From assembly GCA_964035575.1 (NCBI GenBank), contig OZ037836.1, positions 1 through 64,000 on the forward strand: DNA of 64,000 nucleotides, read 5' to 3'. Shown one piece after another: positions 13,656 through 26,000 of the stretch. Within the stretch, counting starts at the first letter, position 1. Each line of letters opens with the position of its first letter. The notes under the pieces are model-generated. The model had not been told where the DNA came from. It worked only from the letters and a program-made list of their open reading frames with translations, and made no database searches. This DNA comes from Rhynchopus sp. YZ270_cl-10. Lineage: Eukaryota. The position numbers and the translations under genes are program-made.

Positions 13656-13831
13656 ATACCCAGATACCCAGATACCCAGATACCCAGATACCCAGATACC
13701 CAGATACCCAGATACCCAGATACCCAGATACCCAGATACCCAGATACCCAGATACCCAGATACCCAGATACCCAGATACCCAGATACCCAGATACCCAGA
13801 TACCCAGATACCCAGATACCCAGATACCCAG
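13656..13831 (+). repeat. (ATACCCAG)22 octamer microsatellite in the MULE subterminal region
   Basis: Perfect 8-bp period; the minus strand reads (TATCTGGG)n. Confidence 0.95.
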
Positions 13832-15967
13832 GTCCAGGTACCCAGGAACAGGAAAAAAGTCGTGAAAAAGCAACCACAGCTCCACATGACAAACACAAAA
13901 GTGTCAGTCACGTGGGGCATTCATGCACTGAGGAGATAATGTTCCAACAATTTACAAGAAAGATTACTTAACCTACTGCTGGAAATTGCCAGGTCGTAGT
14001 AACACACAAAGTGTGCCTCCGTTCGGGAAGACCGGATATTCTAGAGACCAAAAAGGACTCAAGAATATCTTCCGGTAGTCAAGGTAGAACCGAGTGAACG
14101 GCCCAAGACCCCCGTGGAGAAGTTAAATGTTGTAATGCTATCAGGTAGAAACTGCGACCACTGTCTTACCCTCCTCAATGCATGGTGGTTGATGTCTTCC
14201 ACAACAAATTTCCTGTACCCAGGTACCCAGGTTCCCAGACCCACGCAGTACCACGTCGCAGTACTACGCAAAATTTACCACCAGACCCTGTCTTCGTGCA
14301 CCTGAAGTACAACGCCGCAGACAGGCCAAACATGCGTTGGACTCAGAGGAATGCCCGCTGTGCAGGTATCATGAGAACCAACTCCCAGCAACAAGGGGCG
14401 CCTTTTGGCGGGCGTTGTTGAGGGTGTTTGGGGTGCAAAGTTTTCCACAATTTTGATGCGCGGGTACAGAAGTGTTATCTTGTTCTTTCATCTCTAAGAA
14501 ATGTAAATGTCAATCGCGTTTAACTACCACTAGGGCTTGTTTAGTGAACCCACGAGGGGTCGAAGGGGGTTGGTTATCCCATATCTATCAAAGGTTGTGT
14601 CGACCAGGCGAATCCACTATGTTACGCTGTATGATGATAAATCCGAAGAAATAACAGTGCATAGCAACTGCAGGAAGTTTGTTAAAAAGAGTGCCTCACG
14701 CTACACAAACCACCACCCGCGATTGACTTAGATGTTATAACAAAGAGAATTCAGAACAAAACAACACCCTGCCCCATACACACTAAATTGTCATGCTTCA
14801 AGAACATGCCTGGGCCAAAATTACTGTGACAAAAAGGCAACAAGACCCACAAGGAGTGTGAATTGTGCACTGGTTTTCTGGGGGAACAAGCAATATTTTC
14901 TCGTGTCTAGTCCTCCGCAAGCAGAGGACAGACTTTCCGGAAGGTTTCCAAAGTCGAATTTCTTGCACTAGCTATGCTCCCTGGGTTAATGGCTATAGCA
15001 GTGACTGACAGAGTGTTCCCACCCCCCTTTCCACCCCATATGTTCGCTCGTTCTGCACAGTTGGTTCTCGATGTTGCACTCATTGCGATACCTGTTTAAA
15101 AGTGAATTTGTGAGTGGTGGGGAAATTAAAGAAGGTAACTTCTGAAAAAAATAAGTTGGCCTGAGGGTGTAAAGAGACTTTTGGAGGGAATACGAGTTGA
15201 CAGCTTTCAGGGCCGAGCAGCATATCTAATATATTATGCACAAAATGACCCCTTATCGGATTCGTCCTAGGGTAAGACACCATGAGGTGGAGGGACACAC
15301 AATGAGGCAGGACAAGATAAAGATAGACGTGCAAGGGATGGCGTAGGAGTAGACGGCCTTGACGCAGGAACGAAGAGGTCCAGCATCCAGTGTACTGTAC
15401 AGCAGTACACATACATATGCACAATCAAACGAGAAGGGCATAAAAGATACATAAAAGATACATAAAAGATAGCCAAAATGGAGGCGCTTCTGCTTAACGG
15501 TACACTGCTAGAGCAGCAAAAAAATACGGACGTCAAAGCGAAAAAAACAACAACAAAGATGGAAAGGGATGCGAAACAGAAGGTTTAAATACGTGTTTTT
15601 ATTTTTTTTTATTGATAAATTGATGACGTGTAGACAACTCCGAACGAAAATAAATTGATTGGAAGGGGGGTAGGGTTGAGTCATACCTAAACAGCAAACC
15701 CATCAGTCAGTAGCTTCTAATCAGCGAAAATGGGTACTACGAAATTGGGTATTAGAAAAACCGAAAAAAAACAGAGGGGGCCTCAGGGGAGGGGTCTCTC
15801 GTTTTTTTTAGCCTGGTCGGGGTCATGTCTCTCTCTGATAGCGTTCTTTTTTCATTCAGCATGTTTTGATTGGGAGTGGGTTGTGCAAGCGAAGCAAGGC
15901 TCTGGGGTATTGGAAAAGAAAAAAAAAGAAAAGTTTGGTAATGGTTTTTGCTGTTGTTTCAAATCAT

Positions 15968-18900
15968 TCAAATCATAGTATTCGCTTTCGCACGGATTCT
16001 GTCAGCAATGTCTGTTTTTTTCCCCCCTTGCCCCAGTTTTCTTTGTCTGGCTTCAGCTTTCAATAGCTTCGCCGACAATGCTACGAGCTTTGTCACTCGG
16101 AAGGGTTGATACACCCGGACACGCTCTTCAGGGTTTCCAGGGTTTTCTACAAAACAGATTTCCAAAACATCTGCCTCACTTTCAAACTCTTGTTCAAGAT
16201 TATCAGTATCTTTGACAATATATTTGCCATTCTCTGTCCGAAGCGCAACAATCCAATGTGTGTTGTCTCCATCTTGTGGAGGACCAAATAAAATAGTCTC
16301 CTCATCTGGACAAGGGACCAACCCCCAGTGAGTAACCCTAAGGCCCTTACTCAAACACAAATTTGCAATGGCGTTAAAAGTAAAATATCCCCCATCCATC
16401 ACATTTTCGTGAGTGGCAGAAACGACCCTCGACAACGCATTGCTCAACATGCTCTGGGCATGTATCGCCAGCGAGTAGGGGATACGCTCTTCATCATAGT
16501 GCGTGAACAACCAGTTGCAGGCCGCCCACGCACATTCCCCCTCCACCCTCCCTTCCCCAGAAATAAGATGCTTGCTCACTGGGATCCGAATGTCCGGGTC
16601 TCCAGACAACTGAGCGTGTTCCTCGTCCCCCGCACTTTCATTTTCTACCCCCTTTGTTTTGTTTTCTTTTTTCCCCCCTCCGTTTTTTTTTTTTTGTTCC
16701 TCTAGCCACCACCCGGGGATCACGTTGTTGCAAATACGCTTTCCCCGGTACGTGGCAGCGTGCCCCCTCAGGCCGCACCGCGAACACTGCTTCTCGCGTT
16801 CGCCAACACACAGAATTTTCCTTTTTTTTTTGGGGGCTCCGCGGGGGTTCGCATCGTTCAGCATAGGCTGAAGACCCGTGTCCGGGAGGTCAATGAGGTC
16901 CTCGGGGACGGTCGCTGATTCAACAATCAGGTACAGGTTCCTCAGGGACTCCATTTTTAAAAATGGAGCTACACACGACATGGGGTCGTGTGTAGTGTTG
17001 CGGTCGGGTCTGTTCTCATTTGCGGCGCACAGCAAATGCGAGCATGGGAGGCCCTCGAGAGATGGGCGTCGGCACGTGCATGTGTTCTCCGCCGTGTTCA
17101 CTGTGAAAGGAGCGCCACCATCCTCCATCACCTCCACCACGTCCTCCACTTGCGTGGGGGTACATACCAGCCTTCGTGACTTCTCGATGGAATTCTCAAG
17201 GAGAGTGCGGTGAGCAGGGTCGGTCAGTCGCTCAAGTCCAGTAGCTGGGGGTACGTCCTATTTGTGTTTTGTTTTTGTTTTGTTTTTGTTCAGGAAAAAA
17301 TGTTGGAGTAATACCTGCAGTTCGGCACTCCTCGTGGCGAACCACTCCATGGTGATTCTGCGCCATGCCACGTGGAGTGATATCACTCCCTTGCTGCGTG
17401 CCTCCAGGAGAGCCGCATTCATGCATTCACTAGCATTTTGCGTGTACTCTCCGCACCTGTAGCCAACAATGTGGCAGTCCGCCCATCGGTCCTTCACTGA
17501 CCGCAGGGCTTGCACCAACCTAGGGTGCCTACGCTCCACGTCCTGCAGCGCCGCCTCCAGCCCCTCGGCGGTCTTCTCCTTCGCCAGCCGAAACACCTCA
17601 CCCGAGACCGCTGACCGCTTCCCCGCCGCCGCAGCTCCCCCGCTCAGGTTGCCGGCAAGGTGCTTGACACAAGCAGCCGAGCAAGCATCCGGGAACGCAC
17701 TGTCGAGTTCGACACCAAGACCTAATAATGGTGTATGCGTGTGTGGAGAGTATAAGAAGAGAGGGGTATACCTTTTAACCTATCAGATATGATAAGCTCA
17801 CCGTCTACTCTGCCAAACGCTGCCACAAAGTGCTGAGAAAAATATCTCCAGCAGCTTGTGTCCTCTTGCTTACAAAATGTAATTGCAAGTGGAACGACTC
17901 TGCGCTGCGCGTCTTTCGTCACTGCAATGAGCAGTGTACCCACAATGGGTCCTGTGAGGTGACATCCATCGAGAAAGATCACGGGAAGACAGAAAGGAAA
18001 AGCCCGAATGGCCTGTGGCAAGGCAACAAACGAGCGAAGGAAGTGCTCCACTGGGGCCTGTCCTTCGGGGGCGCGGTTCTCCTTCTCCAAGTGCGTGAAC
18101 GCACCTTCGTTGGCCGCCGCCAGACGGAGGAGGTACTCGGGGAATTGCCCGAATTCCTTCACCATGTCCCCCGAGACCACCTCTTCTGCCTTCCGCTTCA
18201 TCCGCTGTGCCGTGCTCTGAGACACGGCCACACCACTCTCCCTCCGAAGAGAGGACTTGGCGTTCACAGCGGACTTAGCCCCCGCCAGAGTGGACGGTTT
18301 CTCGGCAGCAAGGAAGGCACTTATGCCGTGCTGCGTGGAGGCGGTGGTGGAGGTGCAAGTGTGCTTGCCGACTTTGTTAACTCTCACACCCCCCTCTGAT
18401 CCCAGCTTGGGCCCCGCGGTCACCTTCCACTGACAAGTAACTTCCGCACAGATCCACGTAGCGCGACCACCCTCACGGCGCTTCACTGTGAAGGTCCACC
18501 CCCTCTCCAAGCCGTGCCGCCGCATGGCATCCCTGACAGCGTCGAGCGAGTCATGCTCAGACCCGACTGCGTACGCTGCTGCCAGAGGGCAGGGAGCGGT
18601 CGTGGCTGCTGCTGCTGTTGATGCTGCTGCTGGCTGAGGCTGAGGTGGCAGTGAAGTTGCTGGCGGCAGTGAAGGAGGTGGGGGCAGTGAAGTTGCCGGT
18701 GGCAGTGAAGATGTTGTCGGCAGTGAAGATGTTGGTGGCAGTGAAGATGTTGGTGGCAGTGAAGTTGCTGGTGGGGGCGGTGGGGCTGACGTGTTACACA
18801 TGTCCTGAGGGGCTGAGTGCGTGAAGGGCGGCTGGGGGACTGGCTGCATGAAGTGGGAGTGGGGGTAGGGGGCTGGAGAGTGAGGTTGGAAGAACGAGTA

Positions 18901-19020
18901 TCTGTACGATACCGCTACTCCTGCCAACAACTCCGCCCTGAGCGACTGGAATTCCGCGTCGCTCAGATTACCCGAGCGATGATGGGCCACAAGCTCACTA
19001 AGTCTATCTAAGCTGGACAT
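15968..19020 (-). CDS. MULE (MuDR-like) transposase, 3 exons (19020-17772, 17721-17315, 17257-15968), 981 aa; SHOCT-like / Pro-rich / MuDR DBD / DDE / SWIM / Zn-knuckle / Josephin-like / SAP-like
   Basis: GT-AG introns 17771-17722 (50 nt) and 17314-17258 (57 nt) join three ORFs in frame. Motifs: DBD WICAEVTCQWKV...KHTC; DDE residues in FLDGCHL, ISDRLKG and TQNASE; CxxH in CVKH; SWIM CTC...GLPCSH; knuckle CSRCGLRGH. Additional in-frame introns cannot be excluded. Confidence 0.88.
18650..18775 (-). repeat. 18-bp coding minisatellite giving (SLPP[A/T][T/S]) repeats in the transposase linker
   Basis: About six to seven copies of the GGCAGTGAAG core at 18-bp spacing, in frame in exon 1. Confidence 0.8.
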
Positions 19021-19453
19021 ATTTTTTTTACTCGGGGATCTCCCTTATTTTTTTTTCTTCTGTGCGGAGGCATGGATGGGGCGGGAGGGGGCTGGCCTCT
19101 GGCTAAGGGCAAAAATTGGCCTTGGGAGCGGGGTGGGGGTCTTTGCGGGTCTTGTACGAAGTCTTGAGGGGGAGTGCAATGAGGTAGAACCGACACATTT
19201 TAATAGTGTAATCGCGCAGCAGAACCGAAACACGCACGTCATGCAATACAGCAGAAACATATTTGATGGTGCAATCCGCGCAGCAAAAGCCCGCAGGGCC
19301 AAAAAAAAGGGGGGGAGTGTCTTGGTACCCGAATTTCTAGTACCATTTAGGATAATACCCAGGGCATAATACATTATCCTAAATTATTTTTGTACTTTTG
19401 TTTTTCTGACTTTTTTTCATTTCAATATCTGTAACCTCTACACGCTTTTACAG

Positions 19454-19603
19454 CAGGTTTGAGGTGATACTTCCGGCCGGAGGGCTGAGGAAGGGCATTC
19501 TTTTTTTCTCTGTGTGTTTGTTTTTTTGTTAGGTTTGAGGTGATACTTCCGGAGGGCTGAGGAAGGGCATTCTTTTTTTTCTCTGTGTGTTTGTTTTTTT
19601 GTT
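19454..19603 (+). repeat. ~76-bp tandem duplication upstream of the transposase gene
   Basis: AGGTTTGAGGTGATACTTCCG...GAGGGCTGAGGAAGGGCATTC(T)nCTCTGTGTGTTTG(T)nGTT occurs twice. Confidence 0.8.
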
Positions 19604-19987
19604 GTAGACTTTTCGGTATTGTGCGCCCCATTATACTCCCCCAAGATTGCCTCACGCTACACAAACCACCACCCACGACTCAAAAACGCGTTTTAGACCC
19701 CTAGAAAGGCCCAAAACCGCTCAATTCTTGCTGGAATTGAAAAATTGGGCACTTTTAGGGTATGACCAAAAAAAATTTCGAGAGTTCAGTTAGCACAGAG
19801 GCGCACCTTAGAAGGGCAAAAAATAGTGGATTTGGGGTACCCACTTTTTTGGGGTACCCAAAAAAGTGGGTACCCCAAATAAGTTCAGAGATGCCCGAAA
19901 AAAGTTCAGATATACCCGAAAATAAGTTCAAATACCCGAAAATAAGTTCAGATATAGTCGGTTATGCCCTATTTCTGGTTTTCGGGT

Positions 19988-20057
19988 ATATCTGAACTTA
20001 TTTTCGGGTATCTCTGACCATTTCAAAAAAAGGGTAGGGTATAACTGACTATTCCCC
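19988..20057 (-). repeat. MULE right terminal inverted repeat (70 bp)
   Basis: Ends ...ATAACTGACTATTCCCC and is followed by the TSD. Confidence 0.95.
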
Positions 20058-23000
20058 AAAATTTTTTGAAAAAACATGAGATCTGGATAAAAGTTTTGAC
20101 TGTACCTGTGGAAGGTGGGATTTTGCCTGTGTTTTGACTTTTTTTTTCAGTAAATAAACTTCTACTCATCTCCGGAGGCCGTCCGAGGTCGCAATTAACT
20201 CATTTTGACAATTTAGGGCCATATACCGCCCGTTTTTTCAAAAAGTTGAAAATTTTGGCCCCCAGGATTGGGTACAGCGTGTACTGAACCCAGATTTTCG
20301 AAAAATCTCAACTTTTGAAATTGGTCACTTATGGCAGCATGTATCTGACACCCAATTTTGACTTTTCCCGTGAATCCATTTTGGTGCATATACACTATCT
20401 GGCACCCCTGAGTCCATTGCGGGGTCGTTTTTCCAAAACGTCGACCGGACTAATACCTAATATGACCCTGGGTATAGCGTACCGTCTCAGAAACACCCCA
20501 AAATCAGTGTTTTTGAAGGGTTGTCACAGCTAAAATCGATGAAAAAATGTCAAAATCACTTTCCCGTGACCCAATAGCGTGAAATATGGCCCATGTGGGC
20601 CCCCAGGACCTATAACACCCCCAATCGGTCGAAACCATGCATATTTTACACCCCCAGATACATGTGCCCATGGGGTGCCAGACCCCAAAATCATGATTTT
20701 TTCATGATTTTTGGCCGGATGCACTGACCAGCAGGGCCATACCGTCTACCGGGGCAACCATATTTTTGAAAACTCGGCCTTGCATAGGGCCCAGTATGTC
20801 CCACAGGGTATATTGCCCCAGTATCAGGTCCCCGCACAAGCCAAACCAATATTTTAAAATTGATTTTTTTGAAAAAAATATTTTTCAAAAAAAATCGTGA
20901 TTTTTGGGATTTTGGTGATTTTTACAGTTTTGCACACCCTGAAAATCGGTTTTTTCGGCTCCGCAGGTGAAATATCGACATAATTTAGGTATGTTATGTG
21001 CATAATATACCCATTAGAGCCCATTCAAGTCACATTCCGACCATTTTTCCTGAAAAGGAGCTCCAGTCTCAGTGTCTTGCTGAGATCCCGCCTTAATTCC
21101 CGCTACACAATTTCACAGCTCCAGTCTGAGCGTCTCGCTGAGATCCCGCCTTAATTCCCGCTACACAATTTCACGGCTCCAGTCTGAGCGTCTCGCTGAG
21201 ATCCCGCCTTAATTCCCGCTACACAATTTCACGGCTCCAGTCTGAGCGTCTCGCTGAGATCCCGCCTTAATTCCCGCTACACAATTTCACGGCTCCAGTC
21301 TGAGCGTCTCGCTGAGATCCCGCCTTAATTCCCGCTACACAACTTCACAGTGTCTAGCTGACACCCAGCCTGAGTACCCTCTACAAAGGTCTGAAGACCA
21401 CAAAAAACACCCTATTTTTGACCCTGAAAACATGATTTTAGCAAATAGGGCAACTAGTTTGGTGATGCAGCGACCGACTCATGGGCCCAGTATGTCCAAC
21501 AGGGCCATATGTTTGGTAAATTGTACCGGGGGCAAGGGGATGTACAAAAAAAAAGTGGATTTTTTACCTTAAAAAAATGGCCAAAAATAGGCCAAAAATG
21601 GCCATTTTTCGGCCATGTGACCCCCACAGCAACCCTATATAGACCCCTAAAAACCTAATACTTTTTTCCCAGCGATGTGTCCTGGGGGCCCTTCGGGCCC
21701 CCAGGACACATTGCAACCCCGTTTTTTCAAAAAGTTGGCCCTACGGGCCAACTTTTTGAGGTGGCCTGTAGGGTGACCCCTTCAAAAAGCTGGAACCCGG
21801 ATTTTGGGGTCAGGGGTCCGTTTATGCACTTTTATGTATAAAAAAATGTCTGGGGCGAGAAAATGCAAATTTTTGCCTGCAAACACACTGCATACTACTA
21901 CAGGACCATATTCCATCTTATCAGGAAAAATTTCGGAGGTGTTAGTCATAAAAACAATTTAAAATTTTTTGAAAAAACATGAGATCTGGATAAAAGTTTT
22001 GACTGTACCTGTGGAAGGTGGGATTTTGCCTGTGTTTTGACTTTTTTTTCAGTAAATAAACTTCTACTCATCTCCGGAGGCCGTCCGAGGTCGCAATTAA
22101 CTCATTTTGACAATTTAGGGCCATATACCGCCCGTTTTTTCAAAAAGTTGAAAATTTTGGCCCCCAGGATTGGGTACAGCGTGTACTGAACCCAGATTTT
22201 CGAAAAATCTCAACTTTTGAAATTGGTCACTTATGGCAGCATGTATCTGACACCCAATTTTGACTTTTCCCGTGAATCCATTTTGGTGCATATACACTAT
22301 CTGGCACCCCTGAGTCCATTGCGGGGTCGTTTTTCCAAAACGTCGACCGGACTAATACCTAATATGACCCTGGGTATAGCGTACCGTCTCAGAAACACCC
22401 CAAAATCAGTGTTTTTGAAGGGTTGTCACAGCTAAAATCGATGAAAAAATGTCAAAATCACTTTCCCGTGACCCAATAGCGTGAAATATGGCCCATGTGG
22501 GCCCCCAGGACCTATAACACCCCCAATCGGTCGAAACCATGCATATTTTACACCCCCAGATACATGTGCCCATGGGGTGCCAGACCCCAAAATCATGATT
22601 TTTTCATGATTTTTGGCCGGATGCACTGACCAGCAGGGCCATACCGTCTACCGGGGCAACCATATTTTTGAAAACTCGGCCTTGCATAGGGCCCAGTATG
22701 TCCCACAGGGTATATTGCCCCAGTATCAGGTCCCCGCACAAGCCAAACCAATATTTTAAAATTGATTTTTTTGAAAAAAATATTTTTCAAAAAAAATCGT
22801 GATTTTTGGGATTTTGGTGATTTTTACAGTTTTGCACACCCTGAAAATCGGTTTTTTCGGCTCCGCAGGTGAAATATCGACATAATTTAGGTATGTTATG
22901 TGCATAATATACCCATTAGAGCCCATTCAAGTCACATTCCGACCATTTTTCCTGAAAAGGAGCTCCAGTCTCAGTGTCTTGCTGAGATCCCGCCTTAATT

Positions 23001-26000
23001 CCCGCTACACAATTTCACAGCTCCAGTCTGAGCGTCTCGCTGAGATCCCGCCTTAATTCCCGCTACACAATTTCACGGCTCCAGTCTGAGCGTCTCGCTG
23101 AGATCCCGCCTTAATTCCCGCTACACAATTTCACGGCTCCAGTCTGAGCGTCTCGCTGAGATCCCGCCTTAATTCCCGCTACACAACTTCACAGTGTCTA
23201 GCTGACACCCAGCCTGAGTACCCTCTACAAAGGTCTGAAGACCACAAAAAACACCCTATTTTTGACCCTGAAAACATGATTTTAGCAAATAGGGCAACTA
23301 GTTTGGTGATGCAGCGACCGACTCATGGGCCCAGTATGTCCAACAGGGCCATATGTTTGGTAAATTGTACCGGGGGCAAGGGGATGTACAAAAAAAAAGT
23401 GGATTTTTTACCTTACCAGTAAAAAAATGGCCAAAAATAGGCCAAAAATGGCCATTTTTCGGCCATGTGACCCCCACAGCAACCCTATATAGACCCCTAA
23501 AAACCTAATACTTTTTTCCCAGCGATGTGTCCTGGGGGCCCTTCGGGCCCCCAGGACACATTGCAACCCCGTTTTTTCAAAAAGTTGGCCCTACGGGCCA
23601 ACTTTTTGAGGTGGCCTGTAGGGTGACCCCTTCAAAAAGCTGGAACCCGGATTTTGGGGTCAGGGGTCCGTTTATGCACTTTTATGTATAAAAAAATGTC
23701 TGGGGCGAGAAAATGCAAATTTTTGCCTGCAAACACACTGCATACTACTACAGGACCATATTCCATCTTATCAGGAAAAATTTCGGAGGTGTTAGTCATA
23801 AAAACAATTTAAAATTTTTTGAAAAAACATGAGATCTGGATAAAAGTTTTGACTGTACCTGTGGAAGGTGGGATTTTGCCTGTGTTTTGACTTTTTTTTT
23901 CAGTAAATAAACTTCTACTCATCTCCGGAGGCCGTCCGAGGTCGCAATTAACTCATTTTGACAATTTAGGGCCATATACCGCCCGTTTTTTCAAAAAGTT
24001 GAAAATTTTGGCCCCCAGGATTGGGTACAGCGTGTACTGAACCCAGATTTTCGAAAAATCTCAACTTTTGAAATTGGTCACTTATGGCAGCATGTATCTG
24101 ACACCCAATTTTGACTTTTCCCGTGAATCCATTTTGGTGCATATACACTATCTGGCACCCCTGAGTCCATTGCGGGGTCGTTTTTCCAAAACGTCGACCG
24201 GACTAATACCTAATATGACCCTGGGTATAGCGTACCGTCTCAGAAACACCCCAAAATCAGTGTTTTTGAAGGGTTGTCACAGCTAAAATCGATGAAAAAA
24301 TGTCAAAATCACTTTCCCGTGACCCAATAGCGTGAAATATGGCCCATGTGGGCCCCCAGGACCTATAACACCCCCAATCGGTCGAAACCATGCATATTTT
24401 ACACCCCCAGATACATGTGCCCATGGGGTGCCAGACCCCAAAATCATGATTTTTTCATGATTTTTGGCCGGATGCACTGACCAGCAGGGCCATACCGTCT
24501 ACCGGGGCAACCATATTTTTGAAAACTCGGCCTTGCATAGGGCCCAGTATGTCCCACAGGGTATATTGCCCCAGTATCAGGTCCCCGCACAAGCCAAACC
24601 AATATTTTAAAATTGATTTTTTTGAAAAAAATATTTTTCAAAAAAAATCGTGATTTTTGGGATTTTGGTGATTTTTACAGTTTTGCACACCCTGAAAATC
24701 GGTTTTTTCGGCTCCGCAGGTGAAATATCGACATAATTTAGGTATGTTATGTGCATAATATACCCATTAGAGCCCATTCAAGTCACATTCCGACCATTTT
24801 TCCTGAAAAGGAGCTCCAGTCTCAGTGTCTTGCTGAGATCCCGCCTTAATTCCCGCTACACAATTTCACAGCTCCAGTCTGAGCGTCTCGCTGAGATCCC
24901 GCCTTAATTCCCGCTACACAATTTCACGGCTCCAGTCTGAGCGTCTCGCTGAGATCCCGCCTTAATTCCCGCTACACAATTTCACGGCTCCAGTCTGAGC
25001 GTCTCGCTGAGATCCCGCCTTAATTCCCGCTACACAACTTCACAGTGTCTAGCTGACACCCAGCCTGAGTACCCTCTACAAAGGTCTGAAGACCACAAAA
25101 AACACCCTATTTTTGACCCTGAAAACATGATTTTAGCAAATAGGGCAACTAGTTTGGTGATGCAGCGACCGACTCATGGGCCCAGTATGTCCAACAGGGC
25201 CATATGTTTGGTAAATTGTACCGGGGGCAAGGGGATGTACAAAAAAAAAGTGGATTTTTTACCTTACCAGTAAAAAAATGGCCAAAAATAGGCCAAAAAT
25301 GGCCATTTTTCGGCCATGTGACCCCCACAGCAACCCTATATAGACCCCTAAAAACCTAATACTTTTTTCCCAGCGATGTGTCCTGGGGGCCCTTCGGGCC
25401 CCCAGGACACATTGCAACCCCGTTTTTTCAAAAAGTTGGCCCTACGGGCCAACTTTTTGAGGTGGCCTGTAGGGTGACCCCTTCAAAAAGCTGGAACCCG
25501 GATTTTGGGGTCAGGGGTCCGTTTATGCACTTTTATGTATAAAAAAATGTCTGGGGCGAGAAAATGCAAATTTTTGCCTGCAAACACACTGCATACTACT
25601 ACAGGACCATATTCCATCTTATCAGGAAAAATTTCGGAGGTGTTAGTCATAAAAACAATTTAAAATTTTTTGAAAAAACATGAGATCTGGATAAAAGTTT
25701 TGACTGTACCTGTGGAAGGTGGGATTTTGCCTGTGTTTTGACTTTTTTTTTCAGTAAATAAACTTCTACTCATCTCCGGAGGCCGTCCGAGGTCGCAATT
25801 AACTCATTTTGACAATTTAGGGCCATATACCGCCCGTTTTTTCAAAAAGTTGAAAATTTTGGCCCCCAGGATTGGGTACAGCGTGTACTGAACCCAGATT
25901 TTCGAAAAATCTCAACTTTTGAAATTGGTCACTTATGGCAGCATGTATCTGACACCCAATTTTGACTTTTCCCGTGAATCCATTTTGGTGCATATACACT

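Larger units (their letters stand above)
13389..20057 (-). mobile_element. Mutator/MULE DNA transposon, 6669 bp, apparently autonomous and young
   Basis: 9-bp TSD AAAATTTTT at 13380-13388 and 20058-20066, confirmed against the empty site in the other units. 70-bp TIRs starting GGGGAATAGTCAGTTAT with one mismatch. Encodes a MULE transposase. Confidence 0.96.

Noticed and set aside
13484..13939. YLGIWVSG / IPRYPDTQ repeat ORFs
   Set aside because: Translations of the (ATACCCAG)n microsatellite.
16106..19369. Plus-strand ORFs overlapping the transposase (likewise those opposite RepHel at 51676-56161)
   Set aside because: Antisense shadows of genes with clear motifs on the minus strand.
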